From Elsinoe ampelina (taxonomy: Eukaryota), in NCBI GenBank assembly GCA_010093995.1, contig ML992504.1:992001-1056000 (forward strand): a stretch of 64,000 bases of DNA, given 5' to 3'. Under the pieces are notes generated by a model, which saw nothing but the letters and a program-made list of their open reading frames with translations, searched no databases and was not told the DNA's origin. The position numbers were made by a program, and so were the translations under genes. Within the stretch, counting starts at the first letter, position 1. The number at the start of each line of letters is the position of its first letter. Shown piece by piece: positions 1 through 10,841 of this stretch.

Positions 1-82
1 TATGGCCACCCCTGGTGACGCCTTTACCAGCTCCTGTACTTCTGGAAGCTCCTCGTCGAGAGCTGGAACCTTCTCACTGTCG

Positions 83-544
83 TCATGTATCTCCTGGGCG
101 AAAATGGGAGGAGTATCTGGATAGGACGGCTCGGGATCTGAGACGGCCGCCTCTGGTGAGGACGAAAGAAGCCGCTCTTCGCGGAAAGGTGGAGGGGCTC
201 TGCACAGAGTTAGACAAAGACCAGCTGTCATGATACGACCGCGCGGGGCGAGTAGATTCACGCAGAAATTCGAATCTTGTGGGCAGTCTGCCGTGCTCAA
301 CCACTGATGTACAAGGCGGAATGTCGCAAAGGAGAGAGAATACTGACAGTAGATCGATAGGCGGTGTACCCGATTCGACCTCGCTGGTATTGACTTCGTC
401 TGTGGGATCACCCAATAGCTTTGCTGCCGCTGCGGCCTTTTTCGCTTTCTTCTTTTGCTTCTTGCTTGTTGGCTGTCTAAGACTATCCTTGCGCTGCAAT
501 ACCTCCTGCTCTTGACCTGTAGCTTCGTCGGCGGAGGATGGCAT
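83..544 (-). CDS. Hypothetical protein, possibly partial (may be spliced or continue past the left edge)
   Basis: ATG-started 153-aa ORF with a protein-like basic segment KKQKKKAKKAAAAAK; divergent from PDX1; no recognisable domain. Confidence 0.3.
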   Translation of the reverse strand: MPSSADEATGQEQEVLQRKDSLRQPTSKKQKKKAKKAAAAAKLLGDPTDEVNTSEVESGTPPIDLLSVFSLLCDIPPCTSVVEHGRLPTRFEFLRESTRPARSYHDSWSLSNSVQSPSTFPRRAASFVLTRGGRLRSRAVLSRYSSHFRPGDT

Positions 545-1363
545 GAAAAGACTTGGAGCGCTAGAGTGTCTGGCATGTCAGTTCACAGTCGGACTGAAGT
601 GCAAGAAAGGAAAACATGTCATTTCCTTCACGCTCATGGTGACTACTTACCGTGTGATCGGTGTCTCAGTCAACAGCAGACGTCACAGGTACTGTGACGC
701 TGTGCGACTTGCCTGACCGTCTCGTAGATTGTGGATAAAGCTATTAAGCAATCTGGTAAGGCTACCAGATTTGTGAGTCAAAAGTATGACCAAATGCTAG
801 GGATAAATGCGGTGATCGAGATGGGCTGTAGCCGCAAACAGCGCGTCGGACAGGAGACGATAGTCCGACCGTGCTTCCTGACAAAGGAGTGATGAGAGCC
901 AGTACAAAGATTTGGCCGCTGACGAGAAGCTGTGATTGTAGACGCGATCCTGAGTGACAACAGGTTTGACTGTGGTGGTGTATACCGGGAAAGGGCGTGG
1001 TGTTTGGAGGGGGAGATTGGGGTAGTCACCTGTATGGATCAAGGATGAGCTGCCCGTGATGGATCCTCGATTGCGGGGCACGCGGCCCAGTGCTGCTGGG
1101 AAGCAAGCACCACCTTCGGGGCCTGCCCTGCTTGTCCAGTGTCCAACTGACAGCGGCACGTTTCGGAAAGGTGATCCTACCAGACAAAAGTCATGTATCG
1201 TGAATGGTCCGGAAGAACTGACTCGAGACGCATGCCCTGAGTGGTTGGGAAGCTCAGACCGTGGGTGAAGCTTCGCCGAAATCATCCCCAGAGCCAACAC
1301 TTTTTGACCGCGTGTTCTGGTCGCATTCCACCCTCTCTTCCATTGACGGTGGACATCACAACA

Positions 1364-2734
1364 ATGGCCGGAGTATTACGAAGGACTTCACGGTTGCTAT
1401 ACGCACCAAGCAAACGATCATTCCGGACGTCAGCAGCCTACAATGCCGCTCAAAATTTCACCATGCCGGCCATGTCGCCTACTATGACCGAGGGAAACAT
1501 TGCTTCATGGCAAGTGAAAGAAGGTAATAAACCAGCTCTACCTGACTTGTCCGTATCTGACCGGGTCACAGGCGACTCATTCTCAGCCGGCGATGTCCTT
1601 CTTGAAATCGAGACCGACAAGGCGCAAATGGATGTAGAAGCACAAGAGGATGGTATACTATTCAAGATTACACAGTCGGACGGCTCAAAAGGAGTCAAGG
1701 TCGGAACACGGATAGCAGTATTAGCTGATCCCGGCGATGATCTGTCTTCTCTTTCAGTGCCAGAAGAGAAATCCTCTTCGACAAGTTCAACACCGAAGCC
1801 AGCGACACCTTCACCACAAGAAGAGACCCAGGGTGGTATCGACGCTGCAAAGTCAAGCGAGTCACAGGCTGAAAGCCCTCCGAGCTCCAAGGCTGGCGCT
1901 GCTGCTCCCTCACCCGATTCATCTTCTGCTTCGACACCATCAGGCAAGTCGACAAAACAAAGATACCCGCTTTATCCTTCGGTCATGTTTGCATTGAAAG
2001 AACATGGCCTGTCGAAAGCAGACGCGGACAAGATACCGGCGACTGGACCGAACGGGAGATTGCTCAAGGGAGACGTTCTGTCATATGTTGGATCAATCGC
2101 AAAGGACTATTCAAGTCAACAGTCAGCCCGCCTGACCAAGCTCGGCCACATGGATCTATCCAAAATTCAAGTAGTACCAGCCGAGACCAAGACCAGAGCA
2201 GCGAAGAAGGAGGAAGCAGTGTCACCCCCACCCCCAGCAGACACCGAGATTGCTTTACCAATCTCGTTGTCAGCCGTCATTGCGACCCAGAAGAGAGTAA
2301 AGGATACATTGGGCATCACCCTGCCACTTGGCGTCTTCATCGGTCGTGCTTCAGAGCTGGCAAATGAAGATCTCCCACTTGCCAAGGGGAAGCCGACTGC
2401 GGACGACCTCTTCAATTCAATCATTGGAGCCGACCAAGTGGAGTCGCGAAGCAGCAGAGGCGCATACTTTCCTTATGTCACAGGTCTATCAGCATCGTCT
2501 CCTGCTACATCAACGAGAGCCAAGAAGGCAGATGTGTTTGACGAAATCCTGGGTACAAAGCCAGCACCACGACGGCAAGCTGCGCTACCACCACTCGTCG
2601 GCGCTGAAGGCGTGGCAACCACGACGAACGTGTTTAGTGTCACGGCGAAGCAGGGAGAGGAACAAAGAGTGCAGACATATCTGGAGCGGATGAAGCTAGT
2701 ATTGGAGGCCGAGCCAGGAAGGCTGGTGCTGTAA
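1364..2734 (+). CDS. PDX1: Pyruvate dehydrogenase complex protein X (E3-binding protein), mitochondrial
   Basis: Arg/Ser-rich presequence from ATG 1364. Lipoyl domain MPAMSPTMTEGNIASW...EIETDKAQMDVEA and E3-binding motif IPATGPNGRLLKGDVL; no acyltransferase catalytic domain. Intron 1524-1571 (GTAATA...CTGAC...CAG). Confidence 0.9.
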   Translation: MAGVLRRTSRLLYAPSKRSFRTSAAYNAAQNFTMPAMSPTMTEGNIASWQVKEGNKPALPDLSVSDRVTGDSFSAGDVLLEIETDKAQMDVEAQEDGILFKITQSDGSKGVKVGTRIAVLADPGDDLSSLSVPEEKSSSTSSTPKPATPSPQEETQGGIDAAKSSESQAESPPSSKAGAAAPSPDSSSASTPSGKSTKQRYPLYPSVMFALKEHGLSKADADKIPATGPNGRLLKGDVLSYVGSIAKDYSSQQSARLTKLGHMDLSKIQVVPAETKTRAAKKEEAVSPPPPADTEIALPISLSAVIATQKRVKDTLGITLPLGVFIGRASELANEDLPLAKGKPTADDLFNSIIGADQVESRSSRGAYFPYVTGLSASSPATSTRAKKADVFDEILGTKPAPRRQAALPPLVGAEGVATTTNVFSVTAKQGEEQRVQTYLERMKLVLEAEPGRLVL

Positions 2735-2852
2735 TCCCACCCTTCCTCAGCAGTGGTGCTGTATATCCCATCCAATCTGTATCTAGCGTTCCGCAGCCAG
2801 CGAACTCTTCTTCCCTCAGTCATCTAATCGTGACAATCATCATATCTTACAC

Positions 2853-4223
2853 TCACTTCCCGCCCTTCTTCCCAAAATACCCCATCAACGTATTCGTCTG
2901 ACCCTTATCAATCACCTTGCCCTTCACCGGACTCACCCCATTCGCCTTATCCTCCTCCCTCTTCTTCTGCGCCTCACTCTTCTCCCCCACCCTCATCAAC
3001 CCCATCAACTCCTCAAACTCCTCGACCTTGACAATTCCCCCAGAAGCCTGCACATGTCCCCTCGCAAAATCGTCCCCCAACCGCTCCAACAACGGCCCCT
3101 TCCCCTCCCCTCCCTCACCCAAGGAAGCATACCCCCTCAACGCCCGGATGATATCCACCTCCTCCCCGCGTCCCCTCGCACACCTCGCCACCCGACACGA
3201 AAAATTCACCTTTCCCTCCAGATACCCCTCGTTCGCAACCATGACGATCTCCAACGCTCTACTGTTCAAATGGCCCGCCCACCGCGTGGCGATCACAGGG
3301 TGGACCTGACACGCGCTCCTGATGCGGAAAACGGCCACCTTGCCGTCGGCGGAGAATTTCGGCGCCGCGTGCGTCGCCCGCTCGACTTCGGCGTTGACTT
3401 CAGCGCGGGCGGCGGCCAGGCGAGGGGAGGTGGAGATGTCCTTGGGATGTGTGGCGGTCAGCAGGGCGGTCCAGGCGGAGAGGACGTCGTAGGTGGCGGT
3501 CCGGCGGGGGGCGTTGAGGAGGGAGACGGCTTCGTTGAGGGCTTTTTTGGTGTAGAGCTTGAGGGGGCCGGACATGTCTGGGAACGGGGGGAGCCATTTT
3601 AGGGTGGTGCCGAGGTCGCCATGGGTGCCGATTATGCAGAGCCAGGAGGTGAGGGGGGAGAGGAGGGGGGAGAGCGGGAGGGTGATGTGGTAGGTGAGGA
3701 GGGAGGTGGTGGCGACGGGTGGGGAGTGGCAGGCTGTCACGTGGGTGGAGTCGGAGGGGAAGTCGGACGGGGTGGAGTGGTGGTGGTCGATGATGAGGGT
3801 GGTGCAGGGGAGGGGGACCAGGGGAGGCGAGGAGCGCGAGCCATGGTCGAGGACGAAGAGGTAGGAGGGGGATAGGGAGGTGAGGCGGGCGCGTTCGTGC
3901 TCGGAGTGGACTGTGGTGCTTTTCTCGAGGAGGTGTACTGAGATGAGGTCTGGTGAGAGGCCGAGCGTGACCAAGGTGCGGTGAAGGATTACGCCGGAGG
4001 AAAGCCCGTCAGCGTCTTTGTCTGGACAGATGATGGTGGGTTTGCCTGCTGCGGCACATTCCTGGATGATTCTCCTAGCGTGATCTATTTGGTCTGCTGG
4101 TGCGGGCCAAATGTCTTGGCCCGATGCGTCCTTGTTGGTGGGGGTGAGGTGGTACTCGGGCACCTCTGGGCGTTTCTTTTTCGAGGGTGATTTGTCCTTG
4201 GTGGGTGCCTCCTTTCGCTTCAT
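2853..4223 (-). CDS. DHH-family phosphoesterase (RecJ-like), intronless
   Basis: DHH motifs in order: DKDADG, LDHG, DHHH and DHHA1-type RGHVQASGG. Likely ATG at 4223 (MKRKEAP..., basic NLS-like). Confidence 0.85.
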   Translation of the reverse strand: MKRKEAPTKDKSPSKKKRPEVPEYHLTPTNKDASGQDIWPAPADQIDHARRIIQECAAAGKPTIICPDKDADGLSSGVILHRTLVTLGLSPDLISVHLLEKSTTVHSEHERARLTSLSPSYLFVLDHGSRSSPPLVPLPCTTLIIDHHHSTPSDFPSDSTHVTACHSPPVATTSLLTYHITLPLSPLLSPLTSWLCIIGTHGDLGTTLKWLPPFPDMSGPLKLYTKKALNEAVSLLNAPRRTATYDVLSAWTALLTATHPKDISTSPRLAAARAEVNAEVERATHAAPKFSADGKVAVFRIRSACQVHPVIATRWAGHLNSRALEIVMVANEGYLEGKVNFSCRVARCARGRGEEVDIIRALRGYASLGEGGEGKGPLLERLGDDFARGHVQASGGIVKVEEFEELMGLMRVGEKSEAQKKREEDKANGVSPVKGKVIDKGQTNTLMGYFGKKGGK

Positions 4224-6975
4224 CTCGACGGCGGCCGTGGATCGGAATGTCCTCCGATTGTTTGTGAACGGGCCAGGTCCAATGCGCCGATAAGGACCAG
4301 GATCTGCAAGCGATGTGAACGGTTTGATGACTTGCCTGTTCGTCGAGGTGAAAGTGCAGCGACGGTGGGTATGCGTATAACTTCGAGACCATGCAGTTCG
4401 TGGTTTGGCTGGGACGGGACTTCTTGTGATGCTAGCGTTGGCGTCCAATAGGGTGCCATGAAAGAGTCGCATCAATGCGCGGTGGAAGAAGCTTTATCGA
4501 CCAGCAGGCACATTGGGCAATCTACCCACTACAAAAGGTAGAAACCCTGCCGATTTCTGCGGAGAAGATGAGAGATTGCGGACAAGGGCGAGGAAAGTCT
4601 GTTCAATGGTGGAAAATCTGCTTACCGCCAGGACGGTCAAATGAAGGATGAATGACCTGAGGTCGACATCTCTGTATCCGTTGAGAAGAGGAACATGTGG
4701 TACTAGCTGCCATTTCTGCCCACAGCTGTCACAGCAGGATCCACGCACCGATCAAATGAGCGCAGGGACAAACGAACAGGTTCCTGATCCAAACAGCATC
4801 CCGCTCGAGCCTCGTCGAAGAGGTGGTGCCACTCCTGGAAAATTTAAGATTATTGTGTGGCTGGTGAAGGCATTGTGGCATCATAAGCTAGCCTGCCTGA
4901 CTCGCGTGAAATGAAAATATTACCAGTGCAGCGTGGTCAGGAGTCAAGACTTGCTCGGCCGGCCGGCAGCGGGGTACTCTATCATCATTTTGCAGACCAT
5001 CTGCGCGTGCTTGTCGTCAACTTGGCTGCTGGTTGCTGTCACGCTACCATACGACTAGAGGCACTATGCTGTGCTTGACCGTCCTTGACTGTCCTTCACC
5101 GCAAACGAAAGAGACCGACTGGAGGGACAGGCTGCATGCATTAATCTATTCTTGTGCCGGACCAAAGCATGACCTATCTCCATCGAGCGCTCATTGGGCC
5201 TCGAATCTGAATTTACCCAGAGATCGGGTGAGCACGACCGAACAAGGCTATTGTCGGGTTGATGAGAGACCGACCCCTCTATCAAAACGAGACAGGGGCG
5301 GAGGCGGCGAGCATCAACATGGGGAAGTAGCGTGCGGATTTGCTGAATGGCATGGATGGCGTGAGAATAGTGGTTCCAGGATACGAGGTGGTTTTGCTAA
5401 AGGGCAAACCATGTACGTCAAAGCTCCGGGGTGGGCGAGCGACTCAGTGACCTCTGGGACTGTGCGACTCGAGCTAAAGAAAGGATGCGGCTCGAGGGGA
5501 GCCCCTAACTAAAACAGACTTTGAGCCTTTGAGGTGAGAGGAAGAGACGGGGGAGCTTAGAAGACTACGACCACCAAACGGTCCACGGTACCTCTGGTCG
5601 GTATCGCGTCAGGTATCTTCGTTGCCAACGGAGCGAAAGAATGGACCGTGGACTAGAGTGGTGGTCGACGGTTTTATTCCACGTCGGCCTATTTGCTTCT
5701 GTTTGGCTCGTGGCATCTGAAAAAAGGATAATAAGCCTCCTAAAGGCATCCTCCCTGCTTTTCCCGTGTGGTTGTGAAGAAGTGTTTCTTCCTCTGACGT
5801 TGCAAGAGCCGGCTGGCGATCCTGAGGCCCCATCCTGATCGCCATCCTGATCATCCCGTTGGCACCTGCTCCCTACCTTTTGCACTGGCGCTGGCACGCG
5901 GCTCTGGCTCTAAATCCATGCCCTGTGAGATCGGCAGGGACGTCTTCAAAGTCAAGCACGAGCTCCACACTCTGGGCTGCTGTCTTTCTTGATCACTCAC
6001 GCGCACACACTTCTTTTCCCCTTCGCTTCAAGCCGCCTGCCGACCCGAGTCATCGATTCACCATTCGTCAGTCCAAAGACGGCCTTCCCCACCGGCCACT
6101 CCTAATCGGGCTCTGATTGGTGTCAGCCTCTTCTGCTGTCCTGCTCTTCGTACTCTTCTCCAGACGCCCAAGCCGAATACACCCTGCGGCGGAACAAACT
6201 CCACCATCTGCACTTTCGCATCTTTCCACGTCCCCAATCCCTCGTCCCTTTCAGCTTTCGCCGCATCGCACAAGCTGACCGGCGCCGTGCCCGCCAGCTG
6301 GTATTCGCCAATCCACTCCCTCGGATTCTTCCGCTGCAGCTTGCCACCACCTGAAGCCTTGTTCACTCCTGCTCACCACAGAGCCGCGGCGCGTCGCTGG
6401 TCTCACCCTACAAAGGCCAATCACAGCCGCCATACTCACAAAACATCATCCACCTTAAGTCGCCTGCCACCACCGCATCCGACCATCACGTCCTCCGTCA
6501 TCCCAGTCTAGCTGTCGCCCGTATCCGTCAAGCGTGCATCTGTGCTGTTGAGGCTGGTGTGGCTGCCGTCGACTGGCGCGGAGTGAGCGACTTGCGGCCA
6601 GCTCCCGGTTGTTCGGTCTCGCGAATGATATTTCCTCTCACCCAACGACATGTCATATCGCCATTGACTGGTATGGATCGACCGCAGGTACTTTAGCCAT
6701 GATCAAATTTCCCGCCGATGTGTGTTGACCAGATTAGAACACGCGTTGACTAGCAAACGATCGATCTCTGGCAAGCTCTTTCTGAAAAGGCAAGAGCCTG
6801 CATGGGACAGTGCTTTCTAGCAGAAATTCCACCTTCATCATCCAAGCAACACTTTACGCAATAGACTCGACTACTTTTCTACTTTCGCCAAAATCTAATT
6901 TCCAAAACCACGGCGTCGACCAGGCAGACTCTGCCTACCACCCTTACTCGGCTGGAGGAAGCTCCGCCAGGTGAG

Positions 6976-8168
6976 ATGACAGAAATCACCACCCCTCCAG
7001 AAGATCTTGGTGCCATCTCTGCTCAAAACTCGGACGTAACACCTCGACCGACTAGACCTGCTCTTGCCCCGCCACTGCGGCTCAAGACCAGTGAACCATC
7101 ACTTGATCAACACGGCACGACAGAACTCGGCCCCAATTCTGATAACCATCCTACCTCAGCCCAACCTCCCGTTGCTACTCAGAACAACTCATCCCCAAAG
7201 ACTGAAAGACTTCCTTCATTCCGTCATATCAGTAAGATAGCTGATTCAGCCGGCGAGGACAGTCGACCATCAAATTATCCACCTCCTCCGCCACCTGTAT
7301 ATCCACCTCCGACAGCAGCGAACCAGTCGCCTGTCTTACCCCACCATCCCCATCCATATCCGCCATCTACACAGATCGGCAGCAACCACTCCTACGGATA
7401 CTCTCTACAACCGTCACCGTCTAGCGCTATCACAGATCCATTCTATCCGACTTCTCCGCCGTCAGCCACGTTCTCGGCGCCAGGCAACATCTACAATCCA
7501 CGTCGTCAGTCGTTCCCAGTCTCTGCTGGTCCTCAGCCTCCTCCACTGAACTCCATGCCGACAGGTTCATCTTCGGGAGAAAGCTACACTCAGACATCTA
7601 GCGTGGGTGAAGGCCAGTCCACGTCCCAGACGACACCAATCGAGCCAGGTCCTCTAGATACCTCGGGTAGACCAAAGTTTCCACTGCCTCCACCAAATAT
7701 GACGGGAGGTGTACCGCCAAACAGCACATCAGCAGGACCTTGGTATTGTGAGCATCCAGGCTGCACCGCATCCCCGTTCCCGACTCAATATCTGCTCAAG
7801 TACGTTACAACTTCTTTCAACACACGTCACTTGCTAACATTCTTAGCTCTCATGCCACGTCGCATTCACAATCTCGACCGCATTACTGCCCAGTACCAGG
7901 ATGCCCTAGGGGCGAAGGTGGCAAGGGCTTCAAGCGCAAGAACGAGATGATTCGTCACGGTCTCACTCATGACACGCCTGGATATGTCTGTCCTTTCTGC
8001 CCTGACAGGGGTCACAAATATCCCCGTCCCGACAACCTTCAACGACACGTGAGAGTACATCACATAGACAAGGATCGCGATGATCCAATGCTACGAGAAG
8101 TCTTGAGTCAGAGAGCGGGAGGAGCTGCTGGCGCAGGGCGTGGAAGGAGGAGAAGGACGGGTCCATGA
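6976..8168 (+). CDS. C2H2 zinc-finger transcription factor (three C-terminal fingers)
   Basis: Pro/Ser-rich N-terminus. Intron 7800-7846 (GTACGT...GCTAAC...TAG) joins CEHPGC..LLNSHATSH to CPVPGC..GFKRKNEMIRHGLTH and CPFCPDRGHKYPRPDNLQRHVRVHH. Confidence 0.88.
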
Positions 8169-10282
8169 GAATTGCAGCCACACACAATATCACCAGACCA
8201 GCATCACGTTTTTGCAACCATCGGTATTCGAAACGTTCGTTCAGCGCCTGCTTTACTTGCGACAAGGAAAGGAAAGATGCTCACAGACGAGACAGCGCAC
8301 CAAAACTGGTCTCCTTTGCTCTCACGGCGGAGATCTCTTGCTATTGCTTTGACGACTTTACTGGATCCGATTGACGACGCCTGAACGATCACGCTTGATT
8401 TGGCCATGTTCGCTCGATCACGCACGTCTGATGCTGTTGTCGATCCGTTTCCTGTTTGGTCATGTTTCCTTTTTCTTCCCTTATCCCGCTCATACCCCCA
8501 AAACTGCTCTGCTTTTTTCCGAGTATTCCTTTACACGAATGGAGGAGGATGACCAACGCCCCAGAAGGACCTTGAACCGGTCGGCACGCTGTATCTAGCT
8601 CAAAAGAGCCAAATGTCTATTTTATCACCCATTTCCCGAACGGTTCTGTACCTCCCTGCATACCTGCACAGACCAACGAATCCTTCATCTGACGCGTCGA
8701 ACACCCCTCTTCGGTATGCGTTGAACCTGCATGGACTCTGCCAAGAAACTGTTTTTTTTGCGCAACGGACCTTTCTCCGACGAGCAGAAATTGCACCCAT
8801 TCCGCGCCTCCAGTGTTCGTTGCAGCCACTTTTCGACGAAGGAGGTCATGATCGACTTCTCCGTGGCTTGTTTGGGATGTACGTCCAGGGGAACTGTACG
8901 TTCAACGCCGGATCATGCCCTGACTACAATCGAAAGTGCCACTTCTTCCACCAATGGGTACCATACCGTTAATGACTGGTACCTGTTCTGCTTACCACCG
9001 CTAGGCTATCAAAGTGCATCTGCCACGCTCAGGAGCTGAGCTATCACTAAGCACAGACTCCCTACTATGTTCAAGCGGTCAGATAGATTGGGAGTCGCTT
9101 GAACAAGCGCCATGTCTCACCTCATTCCCGACCCCAATCGTTCGTCTGGGAGGCGAGAGACACGAGCCGCATCACGATTCAACATCCATGATAGCAACGG
9201 CAGTCGTCAAATGAATTGGCAGCGAGACAATTTACACTCAGACAGAACGTCCGACCTTTCTCGTTTCGACGGTCTCATCTATGGCAGATTGCCTTGGTGT
9301 GCTCCATGCGTACTTCAACTTCTTCTTAGTGATTCGAGGAGAACAAGCAGATCCAGGTTTTAGATTTCCTCGACTCAGATCTCAACGGCCGTCCCAAAGA
9401 GACGGACATGGGGATCTCTGGGAAGCGCACACGATCTACGTATTTGTTTGAGAACGGCACAAAGATTTGACCGGGAGGACTGAGACTGACAGCTGATATG
9501 GCACGTGACAGGACATGACGACTCACGACGTATACCAAAGATGTACTACATTTCTATTCAGGCAGCATTGGCCGAGTCTCACGTGACAATTATTGGCATC
9601 CTCCTGGACAATGACATTACAGCATGGATAAACACTCACGGCTCTCAGCGGACAACGATGCCGCAATCCATCACATGACGATCACTGAACGCTCGCATCT
9701 GGAAATAGCGACGACACACTTTCGGTCATGTAAAACATCGTCCAACGGCCATGAGACCAACCTATCACTCTCCTCTCCTCGAACAGACCACCTATTTGCC
9801 TCTCCACGCCACAAACCTGTACCATCCGCTTCAACAGCTGAGCATCACGTCTCAAAACACCTCGCCACTTCTCCTCCATGACTACCCTGCCATTCCCCCC
9901 TCGCACAACCACCCCACAACCAGTCGGCCCCAATAATAATGAAAGATAAGAACCCCCCCGCCGTTGTCCGTTACCAACCTCTCGCCTACCGTTGCCTACA
10001 GTCCTACCCGCCTCACCCGTCTCCCAACCAGTCAACCCAGCGACAGCTCGTCGGCCTCCCCTCCCCTCGCTCGCGCCCCGTCGCTCTTCCCACCCGACCA
10101 ACCGGCGGCAAAGCGGCTTTCTCCTCCCGCGAGTCGGTGCCTGGTACGTGGCCCGGCGGAGACTCAGCCCTGCGGCCGCTGCGTCGACCGTGGATCTGCG
10201 AAGGAAGGGAGAGAGTGCCGGAGCCGGAGCCGCGGTGGCGATGGAGGCGAGGGAGGGATAGTGGATGGGCTTGGTACCGGGA

Positions 10283-10307
10283 GGGGGGGGGGGGGGGGGG
10301 GGGGGGG
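10283..10307. repeat. Poly-G homopolymer (25 G)
   Basis: Read directly in the sequence. Confidence 0.95.
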
Positions 10308-10841
10308 CGCGGGAATGGGTTAGGGGTCGGGGCCTGGGGGGGTGTTTGGGTTTAGGGGACGAGACATTGCAGACTTCGTGATACAGCAGCAGAAATGGAG
10401 TGAAATACGCGAGACATGCCATTCGCGATGTGCTGTGGTGGAGGATGGTGGGAGGACTGGGATAGACGGATTCTGGTCACCGCATTCCATGGGCACGGGA
10501 TGTGGAGGATAGAGCAGGAAATTCCTCGATTCAGTCTGCAGAGCTCAACTCCACTGCGTCTGCTGCCTAGGGGTATCTAGTCCTCCTCCTTCTGCTGTCG
10601 TCTCGTGCCCGATGTTCCCATGACTCCCTGCTTGAGTTTATGAACGAACAGGTCCCTGATCCTGACTGCCCAAAGGGAATTTCGCTTCGTGATGTTTCCG
10701 CAATCGGTAGTTGACTGCTATGAAAGAAATGGGTCGTGTATCGTTTCTTCGTGATTATGCTGGTGAGATATATGTGTGGTTCATCAATCTGTGATGGGGT
10801 GGTGGAAATTAAGCATATGATTCGGGGAGTGCAAGACTGGC

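Noticed and set aside
1241..1363. GTG/TTG-started N-terminal extensions in the ORF track (also 4224-4475, 12546-12587 and others)
   Set aside because: The genome is eukaryotic; the first suitable in-frame ATG was used instead.
9682..10422. 246-aa minus ORF and overlapping plus ORFs across the poly-G
   Set aside because: Low-complexity Pro/Gly/Arg translations caused by skewed composition; no domain or splice support.
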